Shown here: positions 1 through 10,452 of the stretch, one piece after another
Layout: every line of letters starts with the position of its first letter
Numbering within the stretch: the first letter of the stretch is position 1
Source of the DNA: Spirochaetota bacterium
GTDB lineage: Bacteria; Spirochaetota; UBA12135; COTS27; CBDBHE01
Reading direction: 5' to 3'
Length of the DNA: 64,000 nucleotides
NCBI GenBank assembly: GCA_965205605.1
Contig: CBDBHE010000002.1
Span: 64,001 to 128,000 of the forward strand
Translations under genes and position numbers: made by a program
Notes under the pieces: model-generated
Database searches by the model: none
Told to the model about the DNA's origin: nothing
What the model saw: the letters and a program-made list of their open reading frames with translations, nothing else

Positions 1-205
1 ATAATAAGAAATAAATAATAGATTCCATATTTATATAGGTTTTAAAAACCTATTTTGTTTTTAAATTATTTTTTAAAATAAAAGAAAAACAGGGTATTAC
101 ACAAGCTTATTTAAACTTTAAGAAGTAAATAAAAATTGTACTCTTCAAAAATTCAAAAGTCAATTTTTATGAAATGGAAGAATTTCTTTTTCAAAAAAGA
201 AAAAA

Positions 206-289
206 TGCCCAAGACTGGAGTTGAACCAGCACAGGATTTCTCCCACTACTCCCTCAAAGTAGCGTGTCTACCAATTCCACCACTTGGGC
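206..289 (-). tRNA. tRNA-Leu(GAG)
   Basis: Reverse complement GCCCAAGTGGTGGAATTGGTAGACACG-CTACT-TT-GAG-GG-AGTAG...GGTTCAACTCCAGTCTTGGGCA; cloverleaf with long variable arm. Confidence 0.95.
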
Positions 290-345
290 TAAGGGGTTTA
301 TAGAGATTTAATAAAATCAAGCATATAAAACAAAACACAAAAAAG

Positions 346-417
<72 letters not shown>

Positions 418-420
418 ACA

Positions 421-502
421 TGGAGGGAGAAGGATTCGAACCTTCGAAGGCGAAGCCAACGGATTTACAGTCCGCTCCATTTGACCACTCTGGTACCCCT
501 CC
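421..502 (-). tRNA. tRNA-Tyr(GTA)
   Basis: Reverse complement GGAGGGGTACCAGAGTGGTCAAATGGA-GCGGA-CT-GTA-AA-TCCGT...GGTTCGAATCCTTCTCCCTCCA. Confidence 0.95.
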
Positions 503-522
503 TTATTTTTTTAAAGATTTCC

Positions 523-551
523 ATTGTACAATTTTGAATTTACTTTGTCAA
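523..551 (-). promoter_or_regulatory. sigma70 promoter of the Tyr-Gly-Leu tRNA operon
   Basis: Minus strand TTGACA-17 nt-TACAAT, ending about 20 nt upstream of tRNA-Tyr. Confidence 0.8.
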
Positions 552-603
552 ATGCTCTTTTATTTTCTTTTATAAAAAAGTATAATGATAGACAGAAAAT
601 TTT

Positions 604-1263
604 ATGGATTATAGAGAATTTAAAAATATTATCAATCAAACTCAAATTATTAAAATGCCCACTAAAAATATTGTTACCTTTGATCAAACACTTTATAAGT
701 ATTATTTTTTAAGTGCTGCTAGTAAAACTAGTACTTATGTAAGAGAAGGTAGTTTAAAAGTAAAAAAACCTTTGATTTTTCTTCCAGAAGATTTTCATCA
801 TTCATTAAAAGGCTTTAAACAAGATGTCAATCGTTTTGCAAATAGAATATTAGCTGAAAATGGTTCTAGTCTTAAATCTTTAGGGTATCGTTTTGAGCAT
901 ATTCCTCATCAAAAGTCTCTTCAAAAACATTCTATTGAACAAGTGATTATGGATATTTCAAAAGTTTCCAACAAAAATCCAGAAGGTGTCATTGTTGTTG
1001 GTCGTGATTCCCTTTGGCAAATTTCATTACTTAGATTTATCTTTAAAATTATAGAGCGTTCTTTTTTAATTAATTTTGAAGAAATAGAAGAAAGGGGTTT
1101 TTTTGATAAAAAAGGAATCCCTCCTTCTATTTATAAGGAAATTGATGGGCTTTTTGCTTTAGCTAAAAAAGACAAAAAAAGGTTAAAGCAACTAGGTGCT
1201 TTACTTTTAGAAAATGATCTTTTTGAAGACTATGAAGAACAATTTTTTAATTTAATAAAATAA
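604..1263 (+). CDS. conserved hypothetical protein
   Basis: 219 aa ORF directly upstream of gpmA (2-nt gap); no catalytic motif recognised. Confidence 0.7.
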   Translation: MDYREFKNIINQTQIIKMPTKNIVTFDQTLYKYYFLSAASKTSTYVREGSLKVKKPLIFLPEDFHHSLKGFKQDVNRFANRILAENGSSLKSLGYRFEHIPHQKSLQKHSIEQVIMDISKVSNKNPEGVIVVGRDSLWQISLLRFIFKIIERSFLINFEEIEERGFFDKKGIPPSIYKEIDGLFALAKKDKKRLKQLGALLLENDLFEDYEEQFFNLIK

Positions 1264-1265
1264 CA

Positions 1266-1988
1266 ATGAATCAAAATAACCAACTCCTCAAACTTGTCCT
1301 TTTAAGACACGGGGAAAGTGAATGGAATCAGGAAAATCGTTTTACCGGATGGGTTGATGTTGACTTAAGTGAAAAAGGACTCGATGAGGCCAAACAAGCA
1401 GCTGATCAACTAAAAAAACACCAGTTTCATTTTGATATTGCTTACACTTCTCTTTTAAAAAGAGCTAATAAAACTCTTTTTTTTGTTTTAAGTGGCTTGA
1501 ATGAACATTGGATTCCTGTCATTAAAGACTGGAGACTTAATGAACGCCATTATGGAGGGCTTCAAGGACTTAACAAAAAAGAAACCGCTTCTAAATATGG
1601 AAAAGAGCAAGTCCTTCTTTGGAGAAGAAGTTATAAAACTAAACCACCTCTTTTGGTTCAAGATAGTCCTTATGACCCTAGAAACGATAGGCGCTACCAA
1701 CATCTAAGAGATGATGAAATCCCTTTTTCAGAATGCCTTTATGATACGGTAAAGCGTTTTTTGCCTTTTTGGGATCAAACGATCAAGCCTTCTCTTAAAA
1801 AAGGTAAACAAGTTTTAATTGTAGCTCATGGAAATAGTCTTAGAGCCCTCATCAAGCATTTAGATCAAGTTTCAGATGAAGACATTATTAAATTAAATAT
1901 CCCAACAGGGATTCCTTTAGTCTATGAATTAAATAAAGAGACTTTATTCCCTACTAATCACTATTATTTAGAATCAAAAAAAACATAG
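1266..1988 (+). CDS. gpmA: 2,3-bisphosphoglycerate-dependent phosphoglycerate mutase
   Basis: [47 protein letters not shown] motifs. Confidence 0.97.
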   Translation: MNQNNQLLKLVLLRHGESEWNQENRFTGWVDVDLSEKGLDEAKQAADQLKKHQFHFDIAYTSLLKRANKTLFFVLSGLNEHWIPVIKDWRLNERHYGGLQGLNKKETASKYGKEQVLLWRRSYKTKPPLLVQDSPYDPRNDRRYQHLRDDEIPFSECLYDTVKRFLPFWDQTIKPSLKKGKQVLIVAHGNSLRALIKHLDQVSDEDIIKLNIPTGIPLVYELNKETLFPTNHYYLESKKT

Positions 1989-2009
1989 CTAAAATTTCAA
2001 AACTAGTTT

Positions 2010-4097
2010 TTATAAATATTTATTAAGAAGATTTTTCATATTTTCTTTTAAAATAGGTTTGCTCACATAATCATCCATTCCGCTTAGAAAGCATTTGTCT
2101 TGATCTCCTATAATCGAATTAGCTGTAATTGCAGCAATAATCACTTTTTTTCGTTTTTTTTTTTTTTCAATAGAACGTATTTTTGAAGTTGCATCATAGC
2201 CATTCATACTTGGCATATGACAATCCATTAAAATTAATTGGTACTCTTTTTTTTGATAGTATTCAATCGCCTCAAGTCCATCAAAAGCAATGTCCACTTC
2301 ATCTTTTCCTAAACTAGATAAAACGCTTTTAATGATTTTTTGATTCACTAGATTATCTTCAACAATTAAAATGTTATCTTTAATTTTTTTTGATTTTTTT
2401 TTTTTTTGGTTTCTTTCAAGAAGCTTTTGAATTGAAAAAAAGAAATTTTTTTTTTGAAAAGGTCTTTTTAAATAGACAAGTGATTCATTAATATTTTTTT
2501 CTTGATTAAAGGCTTTGTTGATGATTACAAGAGTAGGGAGTAAATGGCATAATTTGATGATTTCTTTTGTATGAGTGATTTCTTCCTGATTAATCACAAC
2601 GATGCTATAGTTGTGATTAGAGAAATCATTTTGTTTTATTTTTAAAATAGCTTTTTCTATATTTTGAGTGGTGTCTAATAAGATATCTTCTTTGTAAAGA
2701 ATTTCACTAACTAACTTAGTTAAAATCTCATTGTTATTAACAAATAATATTTCTTTTATCGTTAGAGTTTTTTTTATTTTTTCCTTAAAATTATCTTGTT
2801 TTGACTTCTCTAAAGTTAAAGAATAAGTAATAGATAAATTTTTATGTTTACTCATTTTTATTTTTGGTTTTTGAGTTTGGTGAATAGTTTTTAAGATATC
2901 AAATGAGCTGTTGTTAGTAAAAATTTTAAAAATTCTTTTTTTACCTTTCGTTTGAATATTAAGATTATTTAAAATCATAAATTGAATGTTAGTATAAAAA
3001 TTAGTTTCTTTTTTTGTTTTGATTTTTAAAATGAGGTCTTTCTTTTTTGTAAGATTAAGAGCTTGATTAAATATTTTAAAAAGCAAGATTCGAAATTTTA
3101 TAGGAGAGGCATAAACTTTTTGATAAACTTTATGGTCTATAATCATGGCAAAATTAATTCCATTTTTCATGGCTTTTTTATAAAACTCTTCCTCAATACT
3201 TGAAAGGGTTGCAAGAAGATCAAATTCTTCTTTATGGTTATTGTCATTTTCTTTGTCTTCTTCAATTGATTGTGGATCTATCTGGGCTAGATTAAGGGAT
3301 TTATTAATTATTTTTAAAAGTGAAAGCGTGCTATTAAAGCTAGAATCAAATTTTTCTTTATCTTCTTTTCTAAGTTTCACCTTTGAAAGAGTGTTGAAAT
3401 GATAGACAATATTATTTAAAGGAGTTTTGAGCTGATGAGAAATTTTTCTTAAAAATTCTGTTTTTACTTTTACGGCTTTTTCTTTTTTATCAATTTCGTT
3501 AATAAATTTATCTTGGGCCTCTTGTCTATAATATTCAAATATTCTAGATAAAACTGTAATCAGTAAAAATCCAGAAAAATACTTAACAACTTCTCTTAAG
3601 TTAAACCCAATTAAAAACTCTTTTTTTAAAATAAAAGTAGTTGAAATAGAAAAAAAAAATAAGAAAAAAGTTAAAAACAACCCGATATTTTTTCCAGCTA
3701 AAAAAAAAGCAAGTAAAGGATACACATAAAACCAAAGAGCATTTGTTTTTTCTGCAGAAGAATAATAAACATAAAAGAAAGTAAACCCAATCGTAATTAA
3801 AGCAACATAAATAGTAATTTGAAGATTAGCCGTGATTCTTAAAAAAATTATATTGATACTTGTAATAATAAGCACACTAATATTAATAATAAACCTTTTA
3901 CTATTAATAAAACTTTTTATATCTTTTTGAGAAAAATCTAAAAACAACAAAAAAGATAGCACGAGTATAGCAAAAAAATGAGAGCCATATAACAGTGTTT
4001 TTTTTCTTTGATATTCTATTTGTTCTATTTTGCTGATTTTATTATTTTTGAATCGAAATATTATTTTTAAAAAAAGGTTAAGCTTTTCTTTAAGCAT
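2010..4097 (-). CDS. membrane hybrid sensor kinase/response regulator with degenerate ATPase domain
   Basis: About 6 N-terminal TM helices, H-box-like ISHQLKTPLN, a degenerate receiver, and an intact C-terminal receiver (IVEDN, LMDCHMP, ITAN, SKP). Confidence 0.8.
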   Translation of the reverse strand: MLKEKLNLFLKIIFRFKNNKISKIEQIEYQRKKTLLYGSHFFAILVLSFLLFLDFSQKDIKSFINSKRFIINISVLIITSINIIFLRITANLQITIYVALITIGFTFFYVYYSSAEKTNALWFYVYPLLAFFLAGKNIGLFLTFFLFFFSISTTFILKKEFLIGFNLREVVKYFSGFLLITVLSRIFEYYRQEAQDKFINEIDKKEKAVKVKTEFLRKISHQLKTPLNNIVYHFNTLSKVKLRKEDKEKFDSSFNSTLSLLKIINKSLNLAQIDPQSIEEDKENDNNHKEEFDLLATLSSIEEEFYKKAMKNGINFAMIIDHKVYQKVYASPIKFRILLFKIFNQALNLTKKKDLILKIKTKKETNFYTNIQFMILNNLNIQTKGKKRIFKIFTNNSSFDILKTIHQTQKPKIKMSKHKNLSITYSLTLEKSKQDNFKEKIKKTLTIKEILFVNNNEILTKLVSEILYKEDILLDTTQNIEKAILKIKQNDFSNHNYSIVVINQEEITHTKEIIKLCHLLPTLVIINKAFNQEKNINESLVYLKRPFQKKNFFFSIQKLLERNQKKKKSKKIKDNILIVEDNLVNQKIIKSVLSSLGKDEVDIAFDGLEAIEYYQKKEYQLILMDCHMPSMNGYDATSKIRSIEKKKKRKKVIIAAITANSIIGDQDKCFLSGMDDYVSKPILKENMKNLLNKYL

Positions 4098-4358
4098 TAT
4101 GATTGATTTTTTGTTAATCTCTATTATAGATAATTTTTTGAATTATTATTTAATAAGTTTTTTTAAATGCATCAATGGTTTTCACTTATTCTTTTACTTT
4201 TTGGATATTAGTCTTGTTGAAAAACAAGAAAGAGGATAGTAGTAAAATGAATTTTTTATTAGAATAATACTAGATTAATACTTAACAATTTAAATCATTT
4301 AGTTTTTTCATCACAATCTCAACTTGCTTTTATTTTTTATAAATACAATAATTTTTTT

Positions 4359-5282
4359 ATGTTAAGAGTTTTGTTGTTTTGTTTTTCACTGTTATTTCTT
4401 TTTTTCAACGTTCTTTATTCAAAATCTATTAATTTACCAAAAACAAAAAATTTCAAATCTTATTGGTATGGCTATGGAGCTGAAATTAGTCGTTATCAAT
4501 TAACTTTTTCTCGCTATGGAGTTCCTAGAGAAGGGAACGCTATTTTGATTTTTGTTACAGAAGACTTTTTACCTAATCAACAAGTTAAAGCAGAAATATT
4601 TAATTCTAGAAAAAAAAGTATACCTATTTTAAAGTTAAACTCCATCCATCGGTTTGAAACGGGAGTTTATGATTATTCTATAATGCAGTCGATTTTTACG
4701 CCTATTCTTTTTTCTCAAACCAAAGCAAGTACTTATAAAGTCACAACCACGGTTCAAGATTGGTGTGGTCATGTTTTTAGCCAGCTTAATCTTCAAAAAG
4801 AATTTTATAAAGGAACTGTGTTTTCTTATTTTGAAAAAGAAGGTGATAAGCAGTTTTATTTGAAAAAAGCTTTGCTTGAAGAAGAGCTTTGGATGAAAAT
4901 AAGAATCAACCCTAAAGCATTACCAGAAGGAGAATTTGAATGTATCCCCAGTAGCCTTACTAGTACAATACGCCACATGACCCCCAAAGTTTTAAAAGCC
5001 AAAGCTACTTTATCTATTGAAAAAGTCGATAAACAATCTTTGTATCGCTATACTATTGAATATTTATTTATTCCAAGGAAATTGAGCATTTATTTTACCC
5101 AAGGCTTTCCTTATCATATTATTTCTTGGGAAGAGATTCAAGAACTTTCTTTTCGAAAAAAGAAAATTCTTGCCAAAACAAAAGCGGTTAGAACCCATGC
5201 TCTAATGCTTGATTATTGGAATCATAATTCACTTAAAGATGAGAAAATTCGTTCTAAGCTTGGTTTGAAAAGCCCTTTCTAA
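4359..5282 (+). CDS. exported conserved hypothetical protein
   Basis: Signal peptide; YWY..GAEISRYQL..SRYG, IFVTEDF, GVYDYSIM, QDWCGH motifs typical of a widespread uncharacterised family. Confidence 0.7.
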   Translation: MLRVLLFCFSLLFLFFNVLYSKSINLPKTKNFKSYWYGYGAEISRYQLTFSRYGVPREGNAILIFVTEDFLPNQQVKAEIFNSRKKSIPILKLNSIHRFETGVYDYSIMQSIFTPILFSQTKASTYKVTTTVQDWCGHVFSQLNLQKEFYKGTVFSYFEKEGDKQFYLKKALLEEELWMKIRINPKALPEGEFECIPSSLTSTIRHMTPKVLKAKATLSIEKVDKQSLYRYTIEYLFIPRKLSIYFTQGFPYHIISWEEIQELSFRKKKILAKTKAVRTHALMLDYWNHNSLKDEKIRSKLGLKSPF

Positions 5283-5333
5283 TTTTTTTTATTTAACTTA
5301 CTTTATTTTTTTTGATTCGTCTAAAATAGTTAA

Positions 5334-6265
5334 TTGAGCTTTAAAATTAAAGTGAAATTAAATTATTTTTTTTTGATCATTTTTTTTTCATATTTTAGTA
5401 TTTATTTTTTAGATACTTTGGTTTTTTCTTTAACAAAAGATTTTTTTTTTATTATTTTATCTGTAAGTATTGTATTTTTTTTAAAAAAAAGAAGTGTTGT
5501 TAATCAAAAACTTAAAGTTCTTTATTTAAAATTAAAAAATCAAGAAATAACTTGGGAAAAATATTCAAACCAACTCGCTTATGCCAGCTTGACTAAAAGC
5601 ATCGCTCATGAAATCAAAAATCCATTAAAAATGATTTTAATCGGTAGTGAACTTATTTTAAAAAATATGACTCAAAAAAATCTTGTGAAAGAATTGACTC
5701 AAAAAAATATTGAAATAATGCTTAGGCTTAATAAAATTTTAGAAAACATGTTAGCCTACGCATCTAATAATTCTAAAATTAAAAATATTTTTCTGTTTCT
5801 GATACTTTAGATTTAGTGCTTTTACTTGTAAAATCTTATTGTGTCAAAAAATTAGTTCGAGTCAATCAACAAATTAAAGAAGTCCCTTTGATTTTAGGGC
5901 TTACTATTCATTTTCAGCAAATTTTTACGAATATCATTTTAAATGCTATTGAAGCCATGCAAGAGAGTAAAAAACGTATTTTAAGTGTTAATATAAATTT
6001 GAAAAAAAGCAAAAATGAATCTCTCCCTTTATTCATTGAAGTCAACATTAAAGATACTGGAAAAGGACTTGAAAAAAAAGATATTAAAGAAGTCTTTAAA
6101 CCTTTTGTAACCAAAAAGCCAGACAATTTAGGTCTTGGGCTTTCGATTGTTGTTAGAATTTTAAATTTATATAAAGGACATATCGATTTTATTTCTAAAA
6201 AAAATAAAGGGACTCATGTTAAAATTCAAATTCCTATTGAAAAACAAAAGCCAAATTTGTCTTGA
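5334..6265 (+). pseudogene. sensor histidine kinase split by a one-base frameshift (or sequencing error)
   Basis: ORF 5334-5810 has TMs and H-box IAHEIKNPL; ORF 5816-6265 has N-box NIILNAIEA, DTGKG and GLGLGLS. One extra T in the T5 run at 5788-5792 joins them (..KNIFSVSDTLDLVLLLV..). Confidence 0.8.
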
Positions 6266-6323
6266 ATTAGCTTTCTTTAATTAAGTTTTTTCTTCCCCTA
6301 AAGTTTGAAGAAGCAAGCCATAA

Positions 6324-6420
6324 CAATCTTCAATCTTCAATCTTCAATCTTCAATCTTCAATCTTCAATCTTCAATCTTCAATCTTCAATCTTCAATCTT
6401 CAATCTTCAATCTTCAATCT
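6324..6420. repeat. heptanucleotide tandem repeat (CAATCTT) x ~13.9
   Basis: Perfect 7-mer array read directly, 97 bp. Confidence 0.97.
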
Positions 6421-6430
6421 ATAATTTATT

Positions 6431-6458
6431 ATTATCTTAAAAGATTTTTTAAGATAAT
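6431..6458. repeat. 12-bp inverted repeat (hairpin/operator-like)
   Basis: ATTATCTTAAAA-GATT-TTTTAAGATAAT. Confidence 0.6.
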
Positions 6459-6808
6459 CAACCACTTCTGACTGAATTAATTTCAAAACTTCTAGGCTTT
6501 TTTTTATATGTTATAATCATAAAAACAGTCAAAGAGGGGACACTTTTTTGACTTTTAAGAAAAAAAATTTATCTTCTAATTTCTCAAGTAAATAAATTAG
6601 GAGTTTTTTCATTTTGTTGTAAATAACATATTTGACTGATGAGTTCTTTTGGATTTAAAATTTTTACTAACATAGATTAGAAGTGATTTTTTTAAAAAAA
6701 TCAAATATAATCTAATATAGAATATCGAAAAAAATGACGATAAATTTTTTTAATGTTATTCTTTTTATGACTTTTTTTACTACTTTTAATTTAAACTCAT
6801 TTTTTTTT

Positions 6809-7271
6809 ATGCTTCGTTTTTTACGTACTTTTTTACTAAAAGCAAAATCCTTTTATATTAATTTATGAGCATTAAATACTTCTCCGGATTCTATTGCCTT
6901 TGGCTTTGCGGTAGGGACTTTTTTTTGTATTTTACCAACAGCAGGTTCTTAGCATTTTCGCTACTTTTGTAAATATTTACTTTGCTAAGAAGGTCAATAA
7001 AATAGCAGTTGTTGGATCTTTTCTAATTTGGAACCCTGTTTTCTTAGCTCCTATTTATGCTTTTAGCTATTACTTAGGGAGTTTAATTAATACGAGTAGT
7101 AAGGGAGAATATGAGGTCACGATTTGGAAAAAAATTTTTCATTTCTCTATTAATTTTATATTAGGTAGTTTTTTTATTGCGATTTTTATAGCTATTTTGA
7201 GCTATTTTATTACTAAGTACTTTGTTTCGTATTATCAAAGTAAAAAGAATATAAAAAATATTGGAGAATAA
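6809..7271 (+). pseudogene. DUF2062-like membrane protein, disrupted
   Basis: Manual translation MLRFLRTFLLKAKSFYINL*ALNTSPDSIAFGFAVGTFFCILPTAG, frameshift, then ..NKIAVVGSFLIWNPVFLAPIYAFSYYLG..; one in-frame TGA plus one frameshift. Confidence 0.7.
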
Positions 7272-7272
7272 T

Positions 7273-7795
7273 ATGAGGAAAAAAAGAACTAAATTTATCA
7301 TTGATAAAAATTTTCAATATGATTTTCTTTATAAAAGTATTTTATAGTTTGTTTTTTGTTTTGGCATTATTTTTTTAATTATTACTTTCTGGAATTATTA
7401 TGAGATAAAACAAGGCTTTCTTATTCGTTCACCTGAAAATGAAACTGTAGCCAAATGGGCTAAAGAAAATAACATTCAACCTAATAGCGTAGAGTATATG
7501 AGTCAATTTTTAATTCAAGCAGCACCCTATACAATTTATGACACTACTTGCAAACCACTTTTGTTGGCTTTTTTAATACAAGTAATTTTTCTTTTTATTA
7601 CAAATATTTATGTGACTCATAAAATAGTAGGGCCTATTTATCATTTAAAGCAATATTTAAAAAAAAATTAAAGGTAATGAAAACGAAATTTTTAACTTTA
7701 GAAAAAACGATACATTTTAAGAACTGGTAGTTTTAATTAATAAGTTTTTGAAAAAACTCAAAAAAAATTTTCAAAAAAAGATGATTGAATTATAT
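7273..7795 (+). pseudogene. 2-TM/HAMP-like membrane protein, disrupted
   Basis: MRKKRTKFIIDKNFQYDFLYKSIL*FVF..THKIVGPIYHLKQYL, frameshift, then ..FRKNDTF*ELVVLINKF; two in-frame stops plus a frameshift in an A run; 3' end approximate. Confidence 0.65.
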
Positions 7796-8240
7796 TAGTT
7801 TAAAGAAAAGCCATAAAGCATAAAGTTTACCAAGCTTTATTATTTCTCCATTGGCTTCAAACAATTAAATCTTTCTAAAAGCATATTTAAGGTTTTTTTT
7901 CTTTTCTGCAAAAAAACCCAAACCAAGTATATTTTTGAACATAAAAAAGAAACTTTATTTTTTAAGCATCTCTTTTATTGCCATATTAGATAGGTTGTTT
8001 TTTTTACCAAGTTCATTAAAAAACAATAAATATCCCCACTCTTGGTATTTCTTTTTTTGTTTTAAATTTTTTAAGATCTTTGGGTTATCTGTTGTTGTTT
8101 TTCTTTTTAAAAAATTAAGTTTCTTTTCCCAATTTTTGATTTCATTGACACTAATGCAAAGCCTTTTTTTTCAGAAACTCTCATAAGAACGCTACTCATT
8201 ATCATTAAAAAAAGAATCAACCCTTTATACTTTATAATCA

Positions 8241-9467
8241 TTGTATATTTTAATGACATTAGACTTAGCATTGACAATGTTTAATTTATTTTTTCAAGAA
8301 ATTAGAACAATTTTTTTAAGATATTTTGTTGATTATCCTGATTTAGAAAAAGAAATAATTTTTTTTAAAAAAAAAATGGAATTTGTTGAAAATCAAAATG
8401 AAACTTTAAAAAAATTATTATCGGTCATCAATCAAATTGAAAAAGCTTTGCCAAAAGAATATCTTATTTATTTTGTTCTCCAGCTTTTTGCTTCTCCCTA
8501 TCTTTCTTTTTTAAGTCATCATAAAAAAAAGAGCAAGCCTTTCACTACTTTAAAAGAAGAATATTTTTTTTGGATTTGTTTTTTTGTTTGGAATCATAAA
8601 AATCTTAAAAAATCTCAAGATCTAATTGTTGAAGACCTTCATTTTTTAAGTCAAATCCTTTTAGGAGGGAAAAAACTTATTTCTTCAAGTTTTTCTAAAG
8701 ATTCAACTTGTTTTAAAGAAAAAACTTCTTTTACTTTTAATACATTGCCTAACATTCTTAAGTTTAACCCTCATGCTTCACTATCCAATTTAGGAATTGA
8801 TTATCGTTCTAATTTGATTTCTTTTCTAAATCGAAATAAAAATACTTGGGATTGTAGTTCAAAATTTAATGTCAATTGGTATAAAAGTAGATTTTTTGTC
8901 TTGGGTAATATTTATGCCCTTGATCAAAACCAAACTCCGCTTGCTTCTATTTATCTTCTTCTTTCCCCTAACCAAGGTGCTTATTCTAAAGAAATTTTTT
9001 ATTACCAAAAACAAGTCGTTAATTTTGTGTTTATTGATAAAATTCAAATAAATTGCAAAGGATTAGATGCTAATTTTTTCACTTCTTTTTTTGCTAGTCC
9101 TCCATTTGATTCGTTTGATTTTGTTTTAATCAACCCTTTTAAAGCGATTTCAAACTATAAAAAGACGAATATTGCTTTTAATCGTTATTTATTGGGTTTG
9201 TTAAAAACGAACCCAATACAAGTTTATTTTGATTTAAAAGAAATTAAAAAGAATTCATATTTTTATTATTTAAATTATTTTAATGCTTATGATAGTTTAA
9301 ATAAAAAAAATATTTACCTCTCTGTTACAAATCGCCTTGATATTAAAGAAGGTTGTTTTATCAATCACCAAGTTAAAGGCTTTTTTAATTTTTTAAGGCT
9401 CCCTTTAAAACATCATTTGAAAGAAATGCTAGCAACAAAAAAATCTTTCTTAAAGCAAATTTTTTAA
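8241..9467 (+). CDS. hypothetical protein
   Basis: 408 aa ORF; start uncertain (ATG about 8277); no firm family. Confidence 0.55.
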   Translation: MYILMTLDLALTMFNLFFQEIRTIFLRYFVDYPDLEKEIIFFKKKMEFVENQNETLKKLLSVINQIEKALPKEYLIYFVLQLFASPYLSFLSHHKKKSKPFTTLKEEYFFWICFFVWNHKNLKKSQDLIVEDLHFLSQILLGGKKLISSSFSKDSTCFKEKTSFTFNTLPNILKFNPHASLSNLGIDYRSNLISFLNRNKNTWDCSSKFNVNWYKSRFFVLGNIYALDQNQTPLASIYLLLSPNQGAYSKEIFYYQKQVVNFVFIDKIQINCKGLDANFFTSFFASPPFDSFDFVLINPFKAISNYKKTNIAFNRYLLGLLKTNPIQVYFDLKEIKKNSYFYYLNYFNAYDSLNKKNIYLSVTNRLDIKEGCFINHQVKGFFNFLRLPLKHHLKEMLATKKSFLKQIF

Positions 9468-9540
9468 AATAAATAAGTTGTTTTAGGTTGTCAATATTAT
9501 TAAACTATCACTATTTTTATTTGTTTTTTGATCAACAATT

Positions 9541-10452
9541 ATGAAAAAACCACTTCTTATTTTCGCTCATAAAAAAGAAGCTGCTGCTTTTTTAAAAGCT
9601 TTTAACTACCAAAAACATATTTTAAAGAACTCTTTTTTTGTCTATGAAACAAATAATCATTATCTTTTTATTGGGGGCAGTGGACTTTATACGGTCTTGG
9701 CAAGCTTTTCTTATCTTTTAGGTAAATTAGAAGGTTGTTTTTGTAAAGCCATTAATTTAGGGATAGTAGGTGCTCTTAGAGCAGGAAAAGAAGTAAATAC
9801 TATTTATGAAATAAGGACAGCATATGTTTTTCCTCTTCATAAATTTTTTTTTCAAAGTTTTTCTCTTATAAGAAAAAATAGGTATCCATATGCAGACTGT
9901 ATTTCTTCACTTCAATCAATTTTAGATGAAAAGTCTTCAGAGCAATATAGCTGTTTTGCTCATTTAGTTGATCAAGAGCTTTGGGGTATTGCGTATGTTT
10001 GTTCTAAACAATCTTTAAAGCTACATTCTTTAAAAATTGTTTCTGATATTCCTAAAGATAATCCTTCTTCTCAAAAAGTGATTGAAAATGCTTCTTTTTT
10101 GAGTGAGAAACTTTTAGTAGCTTATCAAGATACTTTTCCACAGAGTTCTTCTATTAAAAGTCAAAGATTCATAAAACCAAAACCTTTAAAAGAAAATTTA
10201 GATTTTTTAAATAATTTTCATATTACCTTTTCTCAAAATAATCAAATTAAAACCCTGCTTCAAAAATGGTCTAGTAAGTATGCAACCTCTCAACAATCAA
10301 TTTTAGAAAATAAAACTTTTTTGTCTCTGCTAAAAAAATGTCAAAACAAAAAAAATAAAACAAAAACATTGATTCAGTTTTTAATAGAAGATCTTGACCC
10401 TTTTACAGTTGATAAAATACAGCATTTTTTGAAAAGAGAAAAAAATGATTGA
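9541..10452 (+). CDS. nucleoside phosphorylase/MTA-SAH nucleosidase-like protein with C-terminal extension
   Basis: IFAHKKEA, INLGIVGAL, VDQELWGIA, LKIVSD motifs of the PNP/UDP fold; overlaps the next gene. Confidence 0.65.
   Translation: MKKPLLIFAHKKEAAAFLKAFNYQKHILKNSFFVYETNNHYLFIGGSGLYTVLASFSYLLGKLEGCFCKAINLGIVGALRAGKEVNTIYEIRTAYVFPLHKFFFQSFSLIRKNRYPYADCISSLQSILDEKSSEQYSCFAHLVDQELWGIAYVCSKQSLKLHSLKIVSDIPKDNPSSQKVIENASFLSEKLLVAYQDTFPQSSSIKSQRFIKPKPLKENLDFLNNFHITFSQNNQIKTLLQKWSSKYATSQQSILENKTFLSLLKKCQNKKNKTKTLIQFLIEDLDPFTVDKIQHFLKREKND

Noticed and set aside
35-53. ATAGGTTTT-A-AAAACCTAT palindrome as tRNA operon terminator
   Set aside because: One-base loop, AT-rich, and 150 nt from the last tRNA; cannot be distinguished from chance or assigned a function.
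6324-6420. Repeat array as a possible CRISPR
   Set aside because: Contiguous 7-mers with no spacers, and no cas genes in the window.
6809-7795. Stop-codon reassignment suggested by in-frame stops
   Set aside because: All three stop types interrupt these ORFs, TGA/TAG/TAA terminate intact genes elsewhere, long core genes have no internal stops, and tRNA-Trp has a CCA anticodon; pseudogenisation fits better.
7935-8186. 83-aa ORF
   Set aside because: TTG start, F/K-rich low-complexity translation typical of AT-rich non-coding or decayed DNA.
9541-10452. Futalosine hydrolase MqnB, given the nearby men genes
   Set aside because: The neighbouring genes belong to the classical MenD/MenB route, and this ORF is coupled to the SPL-like gene instead.
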